In this document: in pieces, positions 47,850 to 60,331 of the stretch
How positions within the stretch are numbered: the first letter of the stretch is position 1
How the letters are laid out: each line of letters opens with the position of its first letter
NCBI GenBank assembly: GCA_001244265.2
Contig: CDLV01000010.1
Coordinates: forward strand, 1,426,001 to 1,490,000
Length of the DNA: 64,000 bases
Reading direction: 5' to 3'
From: Microbotryum violaceum
Taxonomy: Eukaryota
Program-made: the position numbers and the translations under genes
Notes under the pieces: generated by a model
Databases searched by the model: none
What the model saw: only the letters and a program-made list of their open reading frames with translations
Told to the model about the DNA's origin: nothing

Positions 47850-48122
47850 GCACTGCTTGGACCTCCTCGCCGCCATTCTTCGCGAGTCTGCTGATCAGCG
47901 AAAAGCAACACCAGACGTCTAATTTTTGGAATTATAAGTGGCGGCATCATTTTCTAGCGAAGCACCCTCTTTACGCTGAGGCTGCGTCTTGCCGCCTGTG
48001 CATCTGTGCGCCGTCGCTGCCAGAGTCGGCATCCAACCCAGCCTTGTGGTTGCCACAATGTTCTGAAGTTGTACTTTGCATTGCACCCAGGTCATCTTGA
48101 CGTCTCCACCAGTGTCCCCCAT
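47850..48122 (-). pseudogene. Possible TATA-binding-protein-like pseudogene relic (repeat 1 only)
   Basis: VQLQNIVATTRLGWMPTLAATAHRCTGGKTQPQRKEGASLENDAATYNSKN*TSGVAFR*SADSRRMAARR is colinear with TBP TLQNIVATVNL...YNPKR...FASGK...SEDDSRLA(A/S)RK; two in-frame stops. Confidence 0.4.
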
Positions 48123-49004
48123 CGACTCTCATTACGTGGGTAGCTGCTATACGCCCATCCCGATAGAGCTCTAGTGCTGCTCTTGAGCTCCTCATTTGCT
48201 GATGCGGTACGTACGCCTGAGACGGCGTGGGCTTGCACAACGAATGCGTCTTATGGAACCCCAAGCACAACGATCAGTGAGGTCGATGCCGTCGCTCGTG
48301 TCGCGTTTGCAACGGACCGCCGAGCGATGGGAGCTCCCCTTCCTCTCGTTCTACTCCGGTGCCCTCACGGTTCTGATAATCAGTGTGCGTTCACGAGTTG
48401 ATACCTACGTGTTCCGTGTGAGACGTTCCCGAGACCTGATCTGGCGTTCCCCCCACGACTGTAGGGTGTAGCGCATCTTAGCCGCGCGTATCTCGATCTC
48501 CGAGATATGAGAGCGCAGGTCAGTTTCACGCGCTCGCTCGGGGAGACGCTGCGCGATTTCAATCGCAAGCAGCAGATTCTCTGGGAAGGAAAGCAGGAAT
48601 GAATGCGTCAATCGGCGCAGGGCAGGTAGATGAGTAGACGCATTGGGGATCACCGCGAACGGGAAAAGGAGTTGGAGGCGACGCCGGATCGCGAGTCTCG
48701 AGCATTTCAAGGGTTGTGCAATCTGGAATTCCAACTTGCAATACAGTCCAACCGAGGTTGTGCTTGTCTGAGTGCGACCGGAGGGACCAAAATGTCCAAA
48801 AATGTGGTGAGCCTCGATCCATTCCGAGCTAAAAATGTCCAAATTTGTGGGCCGCCTCTGGCTAGGCTTTCGGACTCGCTCGGCCTCGCTTGTAGGGATC
48901 GCGCAGCACAACGTGTCGAGCGCTGCGCCAAGCACCGAAGCGGAACACCGTCAAAGGGCTTCGCCGTTCTCAAGTCTCAGCAGCTCGATTCACAAGGGCC
49001 AGCC

Positions 49005-50743
49005 ATGCCATCGCCTCGGATCGCTGCGGCCACTACGCACAGTTCAGTGCGACTGTGGTCCGTGCTCGCAGGTGGAGCCGCCCTGAGGTTGGCATTGAGT
49101 ACGACCAGCCTACCCGAAATTCTACAGGACCGGAATGAACTCGTGACGCCCATCACTTCCTTCACGCGGTGTAAGCACTCTCTGCACTGGAGCACGCGTC
49201 GGTCTGACGTCTTCACAGCCCCCCACTTTCGTGTTCCTCAGCTCACGCTTGCCTGCTGCACCTCACAGTACAAGAAGGCTTCTATCTCGTCAACACACTC
49301 AAGCAGGATCCATATTTGGGAGGATCATTCCATCACCCGCCGCTGCTACTGCTGCTATCCCAACTCGTATCCCCCAAGACTCGGCCCCTGTTCGCCCATC
49401 TCGCGTGGACCGCGACCGACCTCGTCACCGCTTACTATCTCGCACGAGTTGCTCAACGAAGAAGCAAAGAAGCTGTTCTCAAGGACGATGAGCAACTGTG
49501 GTCACCGTCTTCTGTCGCGGCTTTGTACGTCATCCTCTCTCTAGCTGAACATAACGTGCCTGGCTCATTCCCCTCCTTCTTCGAGCAAAGGTACTGCCTT
49601 CATCCCTTCTCGATCGCGACCGGCCTTTCACTTTCGACACAAGTATTTTCGCATCATTTCGTCGTCTTGGCCCTCCTCTCCGCCATTCAAGGTACATCAT
49701 TCTCCACCTTGCCCTTCTTTCGTCGGTGCTGACATGAACCTCCTCACACTTGTCAAAACCGCGCAGGCAATGCATACTCTGCCGTCTTTGCCATCTCCAT
49801 CGCATCGCACTTTTCCCTATATCCCGTACTGCTACTCCCTCCACTCGTCGTACTCGCTCATCGTCAAAATCCTCGCTCGACTTCCATAGCCAGAGCTGCA
49901 ATCTTCGCCAGCGCCGCCTTTGTGTCCCATCAAGCAGTCGTGCTGGGCCTCTCGTACTACTTGGCTGGATCCTGGAACTTTTTCTCGAGTGTATATGGTG
50001 TCATGTGAGTCCCTCCCATGATCCCTTAGGCCCAGGAATAGCGCAACAACCGAACTCGCTCTTCCTTTGGTGTGCCCAGCTTGACAATCCCCGATCTCAC
50101 GCCCAACATCGGTATCAGCTGGTACTTCTTCATCGAGATGTTTGATCACTTCCGTGCCTTCTTTGTCGGCGTCTTTCAAATACATGTCCTCATCTATGTC
50201 GCTCCCCTGACATTTGCCTTCCGGTGAGTATCTCCCGCCATGAATCTACTTCGAAGCGGTGCTCATTAGACTGTTTGAGCCCTTATTTGTAGATCGGATC
50301 CGATGTTCGCTTTGGTGCTCATGGTCGGCATCATTGCCTTATTCAAATCCTATACTGCTCTCGGCGACTTTGCGCTCTGGCACGCCGTTCTGGCCCTCTA
50401 CAGCGAGCTCGCATCTCGTAAGCGCCTACGATCGGCCAACTTGTGCACTAGATACTAACGCCTTCCTTTGTGAATCATGACAGATATTACTCGACCCCTG
50501 GTCTATTTTGGTTTAACGCTTTACGCCCTCGCCTTACTCCCTTCTTTCCACCACCTATGGCTCTACTCCGGTTCAGGCAACGCCAATTTCTTCTACGCCT
50601 CGACGCTCGTCTGGGCGATCGGACAAGGTGGCTTGTTGATTGAGGTTTTGGATGCCAAGTTGAAGAGGGAGGTGGTGAATACTTTGGATGAGCAGGGGAG
50701 GGAATTGGTCAAGAAGGGGAGGTGGAGGGTATTGCAGAGGTGA
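49005..50743 (+). CDS. GAB1: GPI transamidase subunit PIG-U / Gab1 (Cdc91)
   Basis: [81 protein letters not shown]. Confidence 0.95.
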
Positions 50744-51432
50744 CATTCGTAGTACTGCGTATAGTGGTCAGGAGGTTATGTAATTGGGAACTAGAGTCAA
50801 CTTGATGCGTCCTAGTGACCAATCGACTGGTAAGGAAGATGAGATACCAAAAGGACGAAAAAGCGTGCCGCTGGGTTCGATACCAAGTAACTGTAACATG
50901 AGGTGGTACGCGGAACAACGCACGACCATCTCTTCCCTAAAGACCAACGGTCTCGAAATAATCAAGTTACCCGAAGGTAACTATGGTCACGCGGCCCTGG
51001 CCCAGGACACGGCTCAAGTAGTTGTCACAATGCTTGGGAAGATCGTGTCGATTGGTCCCTCAGCAGGGATGCCTCCCGTGTAGTAAGAAACGCGAACAGC
51101 AGAATGTTCAAGGGAGCAGCCCGTTAATATACCTTCATGATGTCAACCAACCACCCATTCAGCCTCAGAGATGCGGACATCGAACGGGTGGGCCGACCCG
51201 AACTGTTTTCCAGACAAATCGGCCTCGAACTCGCAACACCCGAAGCGGTCGTCGTGGAGGCTCTGCAACGATTACGGGAAAAATTCTCTCAAGAAATGGC
51301 TCCCGCATGCAGCATAGCTACGGATTCGAGTAAGTAACTTCATGAACTGTGCTCTTGGTGTGGGATTGTTGAGGAGCTAATGGAAAACTATCAAGAGCAC
51401 AGGTCACAGCCACTGTCGCCGTTGGAGAATTA

Positions 51433-51845
51433 CACATGCAAGCGCGAAACTTACGGCTGCCGTAGGGCACAACTTGCCAAAAAAGAAAAGTGTGTCTGCA
51501 ATGACCAAAGTAACGTTGGATCCCTTCTGATTTCAATCAGCATTGATTGAAATTAGCAGCTTTTTTTGCTGTGTGGTCCAGTGTAAGGCCAGCCCCTTCA
51601 CAACTGGACTTCACACAGAGTTCCCTTGCGCCTTAAATGGCTCGCCTCTGATTACGCATCCATTGAAATTGTTCGCTTTTTTGGCTGTGTAGTCCAGCTG
51701 TGAGGGCTAGCAAAAAACCTAACAATTTCAATCGATGCTGATTTAAATCAGAAGGGAGCCAACGTTACTTTGGTCCTTGCAGACACACTTTTCTTTTTTG
51801 GCAAGTTGTGCCCTACGGCAGCCGTAAGTTTCGCGCTTGCATGTG
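51433..51845. mobile_element. Tc1/mariner-type MITE, 413 bp, with 122-bp TIRs and TA target duplication
   Basis: TA|CACATGCAAGCGCGAAAC...GTTTCGCGCTTGCATGTG|TA; arms 51433..51554 and 51724..51845 differ at 4 positions by manual count; no coding capacity. Confidence 0.93.
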
Positions 51846-52106
51846 TATTATAGTCGGAGGACTTCGGACGAGGCAGCAAGCGTAGCATGCAACAAAAATT
51901 GTAGGGTGGAGCAAGCCCTTTTTTTCCTTATGCGCTGTCACTGTAATGTCATTGTCACTGACCATTACATTGACGCCATCACATAAACCACATGGGTGAG
52001 CTCTAGCTCCATAAGGCCTGCAACCATTGGACCCTTGTTAGAAACCGGCAAGCTCACGAATGCCGCTGAAACGAGCTCCCCCTTGAAGCTTCGTACACTC
52101 CTCGTC

Positions 52107-53138
52107 TTTACACCCCACTCGCCCACTCGTACAGATACAATCCTCACACAAAGCACTCCTTTTCTTCCTTGTTGAGTGAATAGTTCGTCCATTTCGAGCA
52201 CAACAACGCCTGGATGGGGTACCTTCTAGACGACGCCAAGCCTGTACGCTCATGTCAACAGCTTAAGCGATGAACCAACTGCAAGTCAAATACAAAGGGG
52301 ACCGCTCACCCATTGCGCTGCAACAACAAAGTTTGCCAGAGCCATACCTATCGGATAATGAATCGGATTCAGATGAGGATGAGGACGATTCGAAACTCTT
52401 GGCAGCTTTGGTCGCGCTTCCCCCAACTCTTCAACGTCTCGCACCTCCTCAGCCTTGGGGCTTTTGAACTCTCGCAAGAACTGTTCCAGCAACTCCGAAG
52501 AGGATTCGGCAAGCCATCATACTACTGAGTCTAAGAAGACAGTTCAGACGAGGAACTACCTGGCAACATCGTCTCCGCACCACTCCTGGCTCGGAAAGAC
52601 AAGAAGATTTGGACTGGCATACCTGCGAGCTCTCTCGGCGGAACGCAGACCAACGAGCTGTTGAACACGACGCGCAAAGCAATTTTCTCAAACATAATCC
52701 TCACCACTGCAGAGCACAACGAGCTCCGTCTCAGGCCGCTCGCTCCTCGTAAGCAGAAATTCGAATGGAAATTTGTAAGCAAACTTCCTGTCCTGGAGCT
52801 CCCAAGGTTCATAGCTACAGAGGTGTGTCGAAGCTGCGTGCTGCGCTGCATTTTGTTTCGTCCTGTGATCGACCTAACTCTTATTGATGAGATATATCGA
52901 CAGAAGCATGACTGGGCTCCACGCAAATATGAATGCTCTCTCGCTGTCGTCGAGCGACTCCCTTACGGTAACGCGCCTTCGTCTACTCATCATCAACATC
53001 CGTCGGACGTGGCAGTGGGGATCTGATGACGTCCAGAATCTCCCATCACTCTTCTAGAAGCTTGGAGTCAACCCGCGAAGGTCAACCTGTTGTGGAGATT
53101 CTGCGGATGGCCGTCGTTGCTCGGGGGCCTGCAAAAGA
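52107..53138 (+). repeat. Dispersed ~1.03 kb repeat R, copy 2
   Basis: Direct repeat of 2076..3098 with scattered substitutions and small indels. Confidence 0.97.
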
Positions 53139-53342
53139 GATCCCGGGCCTGCGCCGCTGAAGCGCGGAGCTTCGCACCCAGACAGCTGACGTCAAATGTT
53201 GGCCCCTGAAATACCTTGCTTTCTAGGAATTGAGCATCTGCGAAGGTTGTCGTCCTCGAGTAAGATCACTCAAGCCTTGATCGATCCCGTAGTAAGTTGT
53301 GCAACTTGTTTGCTGAGTCAGTTTGGCCGGGTTCAAATCTGA

Positions 53343-55587
53343 ATGAGGCCTGCCAACTCGTCCGCTCAACTCCTCCCAGTGGCACCGCAGCGAAGGACCA
53401 AGCCTGCTGCGCCGAGCCTGCCGCCGGTGGTGCCAGTAATATTCGTCAAGATGGCAGCACTCAACACGGCCACAAATTTGGCAACTGCGACGGACCAGAG
53501 GATCAAGGCAGAGGTACAAGGAAGGGTGGAGAGCTGGAAGGCGCTCCAAGCATACCTCGAGGAGGCCGACTCGGTTATTGACCCCCAGGTGGAGGCCATC
53601 CGTTGGCCGACGGAAGTCAAAGGAGCGCACTGGGGCACGGAGAAGGGAATGGGCACCTTTGTGAAACGAATCACCGAGCAGATCAAGGAGGAGGTATGTC
53701 GTAGACTCCTTCATTGGTGGAAACCCAAAGAATGAGTGCTCACAAGTGACCTCCTGACACCCCAGGCGGAGATCGATCGGTGCTTGGTCGTCTGTGGGAG
53801 CTCGAACGCAATCGTCCCCACCTCGGCCGGGCAAGTGCGCTCGAAAGATCACTGTGCCGACGTGGTTCTGCTCTTCCCAGGCGCGTCAACGCCAGGCAAG
53901 GTCCGGTCATGGGAGAGAGTCGACACGGTCTGGGATGCGCTTGCTCTAGCGACCGATTCCACCTTGATCGATGAGCGTAATGTCGACGACGTTCTCGTCT
54001 TTGGCGAAGTCAAGGCCAATCCCGACAAGAAGGTAGAGGTGCGGGACCAGGCCTACCGTAGGTTCTACCGAGCGACGTCCACCAAGCCGATCCGGAAATG
54101 GGTCTTTGCCTTCACGCTTTGCGGCAGCAAGCTGCGGGTTTACATCCACACACCTTCAGGCATCGTCCGTTCGGAGTCCATCGACTGTGCGAGCGAGTCT
54201 GGGCTAGCGTCGCTCAAGCGTCTGATTGTGCGCTTTCTCCGACACGATCTTGACACCCTTGGAGCGATCGCGTACGCCGCATTGTTCCCCTGCGAGTTCA
54301 ACATGGGTCGCCTCCCGCCCCAGGGGTTCCCTCCGGTCCCGCCGATCTCCCGACCGCCGAGCATCAAGCTCTTGTGCCGACAACTCGTCCATCCTGCGAT
54401 GTTTGGGGCACGCTCTTCAGTCTACCGCATCGAACTTGACGAAACAATGAGCGATCTGTGCCGAGCGACCCAACCGACGTTCGTCAGTGATCGTCAACCC
54501 ACCCCGTTGCCTCAGCACACGATGCGAATCGCTAACCCCGATCGAGACGAAATCCAGCGCACCCAGCGGCTCGACGGCCTTGTTCGACTTAGTCGCTCGA
54601 CGCGCCCCGACGACGTCAGGTCCATTGCCATTCGCAAGATTGCCTTCGTCGACATCGACAACTTCTGGACGGTATCCCCTCCGATCGGGCGCAGTGGGGA
54701 CACGAACTTTGTCCCCCGCACACTGCAGTGTGATGTCTTTGAAGACCTGTACCGCACCGTTTTGGAAATCGAATCGACCTCCGCAATGGTCGATTTCAAC
54801 ATTGGAATAGTCGAAGGTGAGTGATTGGATCGTTCGAGCTGGAGGAATGCGCGTCTTGTCCTGAATGCGGAGTCCGATGCGGGTCAACCTAGGACTACGA
54901 TTCTTGTGCGAGCACGGTCTCCTGCCTCGTCAGTTTTCCGATGGCAGTCTCATGATTAATCGAGCCGGACAAGGTGTCCTTGTGGACCTCGACGGGATGG
55001 TGAATCTGGGCAGTGCGTCTGCGGCGTCGGAACTTGCGGAAAGTGCAGTACGTATTCGACTGTCTAGCAGGGCCGGTTCAAGGTGACTGACGACTGCCCG
55101 GCTCTCTACGCAGGGCGTCTTGGCTTTCCTGGCTAAGGGAGGGTATCCGGACGAAGGAGGTCGACAGTCTATCGTAACCCATGCAGTCTGGCACCTTATC
55201 GAGGCTTTGACAAACATCAACCAGTTCGTGGTGTGCAAGCGCCCCGGGAGACCCAGCAGCTCGATGGACATGTCGGTGGAAGCTTGCGAGCTGTGGACCA
55301 AGTGGAATCAAGAAATGTCGCAGATCGCCATCTACTCGAAAAGCTCGCACTACCCTAACTTAGCCGACGCTACCTTCGAGCTCATGTATCTACCTTTCTG
55401 GGCCGATCTTCCAAGCCTTTTCGAGATTATGAGCAGGTATTGCTGCCTCCGAGGACCCGCTGGCCGTACTACATCCGTGCGCCTACGCGAGCAAGACCTT
55501 GGGATGCGGCGCCAATGGGGACCTGGCGGCAACTGCAGCCTCGACCGACTGTCTGCCGAGCTGAAACGTTTCAAGGCTCGTCTTTAG
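53343..55587 (+). CDS. FunK1-family pseudokinase, multi-exon
   Basis: ADVVLL...DVLVFGEVK...PIRKWVFAFTLCGSKLRVYIHTPSGIVRSESID (FunK1 N-region); MFGARSSVY; the catalytic loop reads LCEHGLLPRQFSDGSLMINRAGQGVLVDLDG (HRD->PRQ, N->S); WHLIEA replaces HDLES. Introns ~53694-53765, ~54817-54892, ~55049-55113. Confidence 0.8.
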
Positions 55588-56419
55588 GGTGTTTGTCGTT
55601 TTTGAAGGTTCTGAAGGCTCTGCCTTGTATGATTTGGTCCAAGGCACAGGGTAAGCTTTGTTGGCAATTCGACCTCTGGTCGCTCACTGAGCCCCACGGA
55701 CGTTGTCCAGAGGTCAGATCTTGATGAAGGATGGCTGTCAAAGGTGCTCTTCAGTCATGATGAATACTTGACGCAACGTCTTGACGGTTGATCGCAGTGA
55801 CTGATCTTCGGAACTTAATTCCACTTTCCGAAAGCACATGGGGCGAGGAGGAACGGGGCGAACAAGGTCACCAAAGGGCTTCGTCCGCTTCAGAGCCCCC
55901 GAGCAGCGCCTCTGTTGCGCGGCGCCCATACCTTCTGCCCACAGGAGCCCTCACCTTAATCCTGAACTTTCCCAGCCTGTGCGGGTCACGATGTAGAATG
56001 ACACGTAGAGGGTCTGGCAAGGATTCTATGAGCTGATTGCAACAGTCGTCTTCCACTCCACAGTAGCCGTGCGGAGTCTCACAACAACAACAAAAAGGAC
56101 TCCTCCACCAGACCAGATGTGATCGGAAAGACGGTCGGCTTTCTCCCAAGGGGCTCGAAACGCGACCGAAAAACTCGTTCTGTTCGAGGAGAGCGTGGGT
56201 AAAAGCTTACGGGTGGCCAGAGAAACGGGCATTTTCGTGTGGGTCGTCTCTCGTCTCCGAGCTTCCCGGGGCTCCCCTCTCGCAGCGCAGGGGCTCCCGC
56301 AAGGGCGCCCGCAGGAGATGAAGGGCGAGCTGCCAGCGGCTGAGGCGGCTCATGCGAATGGTCCTCGGCACACAGGTATCTCTGCCAACAAGCACTGCAA
56401 TTTCATTCCAACGCTTACA

Positions 56420-58733
56420 CTACAAAAACAGCACCCGTCCTGCTCTATCCCTGGGGACTCTAGGCGGTTCACTCTCCGGCGCGTTCCTCTGCCCGATGCT
56501 CACGAGCAACGCTAACAAGTCCGAGGCCAACTGGCCGTGCGTGAATTCGCCGCTTGCCCAACGAGGTTCGAGGATGGCGGCTTCGTCGACCTGCGCAGCC
56601 CACGGAGTGCGCGGCACACCTAGGCCGCAGTACTTGGCGACCGTCTGGACGAGCGTAGCCAGATCCTCCTTCCAGAACTCCTTGAAGGGCTCGAACAACT
56701 CTTGCGGTCCCCAAGGCGCTAGGACGAGCATCGTCTTCGAGTCGACGGCGCCCCATTTCGAATTCAACATCTGCCAGATGCCTCTGGTCTTGTCCGAAAG
56801 CTCGCTCGAGTCGTCGGGCCCATTAGGCTGTATGAATACGGTAAACATCGTCACGTAGACGAGTGATTCGATATCATGCCATGGCTGATGAAGAAACGTT
56901 GGTCGCATTTTGTACTCCTCCACCAGCTCCCGCGCGCGATATGCAAGCGTCCCCTGGCGTTGTCCGTCCCTCGGGAATCATCAGCAACGGTAGAGTACGG
57001 CGGACTTGGTAGAGGCACCCTTGATCAATCTGGGAAAGATACTCACAACATTTTTATTGCGTTCGGCTTCCCCCTCTGGCCCGTCCATGAACACCGCAGT
57101 GTCGTAGTCGACCAACACCCCGTTGCCGTCGGATGCGACCATGACGTTCGAAGCGGAAACGTCCCGATGAAGGATGCGTAGGCGGTAAAGACTGCCTAGG
57201 CCTGCAGTGGATAGATGCCACCATGATCAGCCAAGAGCGCGAGGAAAGCATATCACAGAAAGTAATTGAGCGCCCATACCTTGAACGGCCCCCAGAATAA
57301 CGCGTGCCAACGCTTCGGCCGAATCGACGACGCAGATTGGTTCGAAGCAGTGTTCATGGAACGTCACCTCCATCGCGCGCGGCTTGAGACCCCGCGCTCT
57401 GAAGGGGAGATCCGCAGGGAGGAAGTGGGGGACGACGACAAAGTCACTCTCGCGATACACGTCAACGATGTTGGTGAGCCCTTGTCGATCCTCGGGTAAC
57501 GCGTTGGTGATGGCGAGACAGATGCGATCGTGTTCGTCGCAGCGAGCTTCTTCGACGAACGAGACCGTCATCGCGTACTCGGTGTGCGCAGTCGAACTTT
57601 CGCCGCCGACGGAAACGCGATAGGCCGAGGTGTGTCGTCCAAAGATGGAATCGGACTTGGAGAGTGTTTCGAGGATTCTGATGTCTTCGAGACGAGGGGA
57701 GCCCGAGAGACGCTTCTCAAACAGCGGAACCCGAGATGGAAGCTCGCACGACGGGAACGAGAATGAGGTCGAACCGACACGGTCACGCAGTGAGGAGATG
57801 ATGCCGAGCTCGCGATCGCTCAGGCTGAGCAGTCTCGCCAGAAAGGTTGCAAGGTCACCATTCGCTTCGGTACAGTAGATTGTGGGGCTGCAAAAACGAC
57901 CACTTGGAGTATGGAGGACGATCTCGAGAAGGTTGTCACAGAGGCCGAACCCGAACGCGTGAGATCGGAGCGATTGCGAGACGAGCTCGAACAGGGATTC
58001 TCGTAGGCGCTCAGGGCCGGACACGATATCCGAGTCGGAGTCGGATGGATCGACATTCGATGTCCTGCTAATTTCGGCAACGGCAGCAACTTGTGACCAC
58101 GACCGCGTATCATCGTAGGCGTCCTCGTCGTCCGATGTCCAGGTAGCTACCAGACTTGGGTCGGCCTCGAATGCTTCGCGAGTTAGGAGGACAACGTCCG
58201 GGATAATCTAAGGATCATGAACGTCGACGCTTTTGTTGTCTTCTTGGAAGCTCAGCAAGCGACCTCGACTCTTCTGTTCACTCGGTGGTCAAACTCAGCT
58301 CGGGCACGTTCACCAGAGACCGATGGTCATCATGTGCCCTGCGCGCACTCACCAACGTTGGCTTTCCGTCTTCCCACACGATCTCTGGGACCACGGTTGT
58401 GTCAATGTCGTCGGTCAACGGCGCGAGGAAAAAGTGCGCCAATCCCGCCCATTCGATCTCGCGGTCTCCGTCATTGCTCTCGCCAGGTGAAGAGCCCAGA
58501 GACCTGAGCCTAGTCACGCGACTGACACGACGAACGGGGGGTGGCTTGGTGTCGCTTCGAGCCGAGGTCCGACGCTGCTTTGGGCGCTGACGTTGCTTCT
58601 TGGTCGGACCCATGCGACTGAAACTTGTCGTCCCGTTGCAGTGGAGGCGGGGACCAAGTGGCCGACCCGGCGGTGGATGCGCGCGGGGGCGAGTCGAACT
58701 TGAACGACGGTCGCCGGGTTGAGCGTGGGACAT
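56420..58733 (-). CDS. FunK1-family protein kinase with intact catalytic motifs, multi-exon (start uncertain, 58613-58877)
   Basis: IIPDVVLL...RSWSQVAAVAEI; RSHAFGFGLC...LHTPSG; IFGRHTSAY; LYRLRILHRDVSASNVMVASDGNGVLVDYDTA; GTLAYRARELV; LHQPWHDIESLVYV. Confidence 0.85.
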
Positions 58734-58929
58734 TATGAGTACGAGGGGAAGGCGAAGCGAACTGTTGAATGCTGTACACGGCGCAAAGAGCTCGTCAACG
58801 TTCGAAGTTCGAGACATGGCAATTGGAACTTGCCGCGACGGCGGGTGGACGTGACTCACATGAGCGTACTCTGACAAACTGGATTGGTCTACGTGAGCAG
58901 AATTAGGAGGGCTACACGCTGATCACGGA

Positions 58930-60331
58930 TGTCGGTGGTGACTATGTTGTGTGCAGCGACGAAGCGACGACTCAGGCAAGAGGCCAAGCCGCGTCAAGGC
59001 GTGCCTGTCGAGCGCTGTCGAGCGGACCGGATCGATGGTCTCCGCTGATGTCCGAGAATGCTTCTCCAACGCGAGTCAGCTTGAGCACCTCGTCACTGCG
59101 CGCGCCAGAACCTACAAGATCGTGTACAAGCTAACTCATTTCGGATATCCCAAAGCTCAACAAGAACTTACGCACGGAAACACCCTCATCTTCAGCCAGA
59201 GCACCGCTTCGTTCACCGATGTATACGTACTGCCCATGTCAGTCGAGGAACTCGCTGACAGTGTTTGCATTTTATTCTGCGGAGGGAGCCCCAACCTTGC
59301 GGAGTTGGACAAGTGTCGACCCATGATCGTGAAGCAGAGTCGTATCCAAAAGATGTTCAGGTTTTTGATCAACGAAAGCAAGAATTCGGCGTAATCTGCC
59401 GTCTCCTTTGATGGCGATTGCACAGCTCGTTCGACGCAGTTCCGGTGCGCTCAACCCGACCTCTCCAGCTTCTACTGCGGTTTCAGCTTCCACTTCGACT
59501 TCGGCTTCCGTCTGGGTTGATCCCCAAGTATCGGATCGACAAATAGCGGATGGAGACTGTCTCGTGCCCGACGTAGTTTTGGCGAATGTGGTGACCGCAG
59601 AGACAGTGGAACCAACATCATCGCTCTTTGACTTGAAGGCTACGCAACAACGCATAACGACTCTGATGAACCAGTAGTCGAACACGCCCATGTGCCGCCA
59701 CCCCCTACCGACGAACCAATTCACTCATGGCTGCTCTTTGAGAAAGCTCTTCGTTATCTCAACCGGGACAAGCCACCTATGCCATTCCGACATGCGACGC
59801 CCCGTTGTGGGAACCTTCGGACGAGCTCGTGCTCTCAAAGCTGTGGCCACACCTCGATCCATTTGGTCTCGTCGGCTTCTGTGTCGAGCGCAACCTCAAG
59901 ATTTCTCTGGACGAGCAAATCGACCATTTGCTCAATCTATACGACGGTGATTTCGATCCGACTCGTCTTTCCCATTCATCGTCTCGAACATGCTCCGCCG
60001 CGGACGAGAAGTGTTTCGCCAACTCGCTTCTCGGGTCCCCAAAGAGAAGGTGGATCGAATCGGAGCAGCACTGCTCGAAATCGACATGGATTTTGTGCCC
60101 GAAATGGTCCAAAAAACCAAGGACATGAAAAGGTACAAGGCAAAAACAGAAGCAGAGAAGCAAATCAACCGTATTCTGGCGGAATTGCAAGGTTTCGGAG
60201 ACAAACTTCACGGCACAACTGCGCAGATGCTCGACATGAGGAATGAGATTCGCGGATGCGTCAACGCGTTCGGTATGTACACCCTCTTCGTCACCGTCAA
60301 CCCGGCAGATTTACACTTACCGGTGCGATGA
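58930..60331 (+). mobile_element. Degraded Helitron Rep region (DUF6570-like + Helitron_like_N), broken by stops, frameshifts and deletions
   Basis: LEHLVTARARTYKIVYKL...GNTLIFSQ...VLPMSVEELADSVCILFCG...RPMIVKQSRIQKMFRFL; LWPHLDPFGLVGF...ISLDEQIDHLLNLYD; LHGTTAQMLDMRNEIRGCVNAFGMYTLFVTVNPADLH, the usual order in basidiomycete Helitron Rep proteins. Confidence 0.85.

Noticed and set aside
2076-53138. Repeat R copies as LTRs or ends of a single 51-kb mobile element
   Set aside because: No TG...CA ends, PBS/PPT or TSD were seen, and the interior consists of conserved housekeeping genes. R looks like an internal fragment of a decayed element.
58208-58210. In-frame TAG suggesting the minus-strand FunK1 kinase is a pseudogene
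   Set aside because: It fits better as the 3' splice acceptor (..CCTTAG|ATTATCCCG) of an intron with a consensus GTGAGT donor after ...GKPTL. cDNA is needed to confirm.
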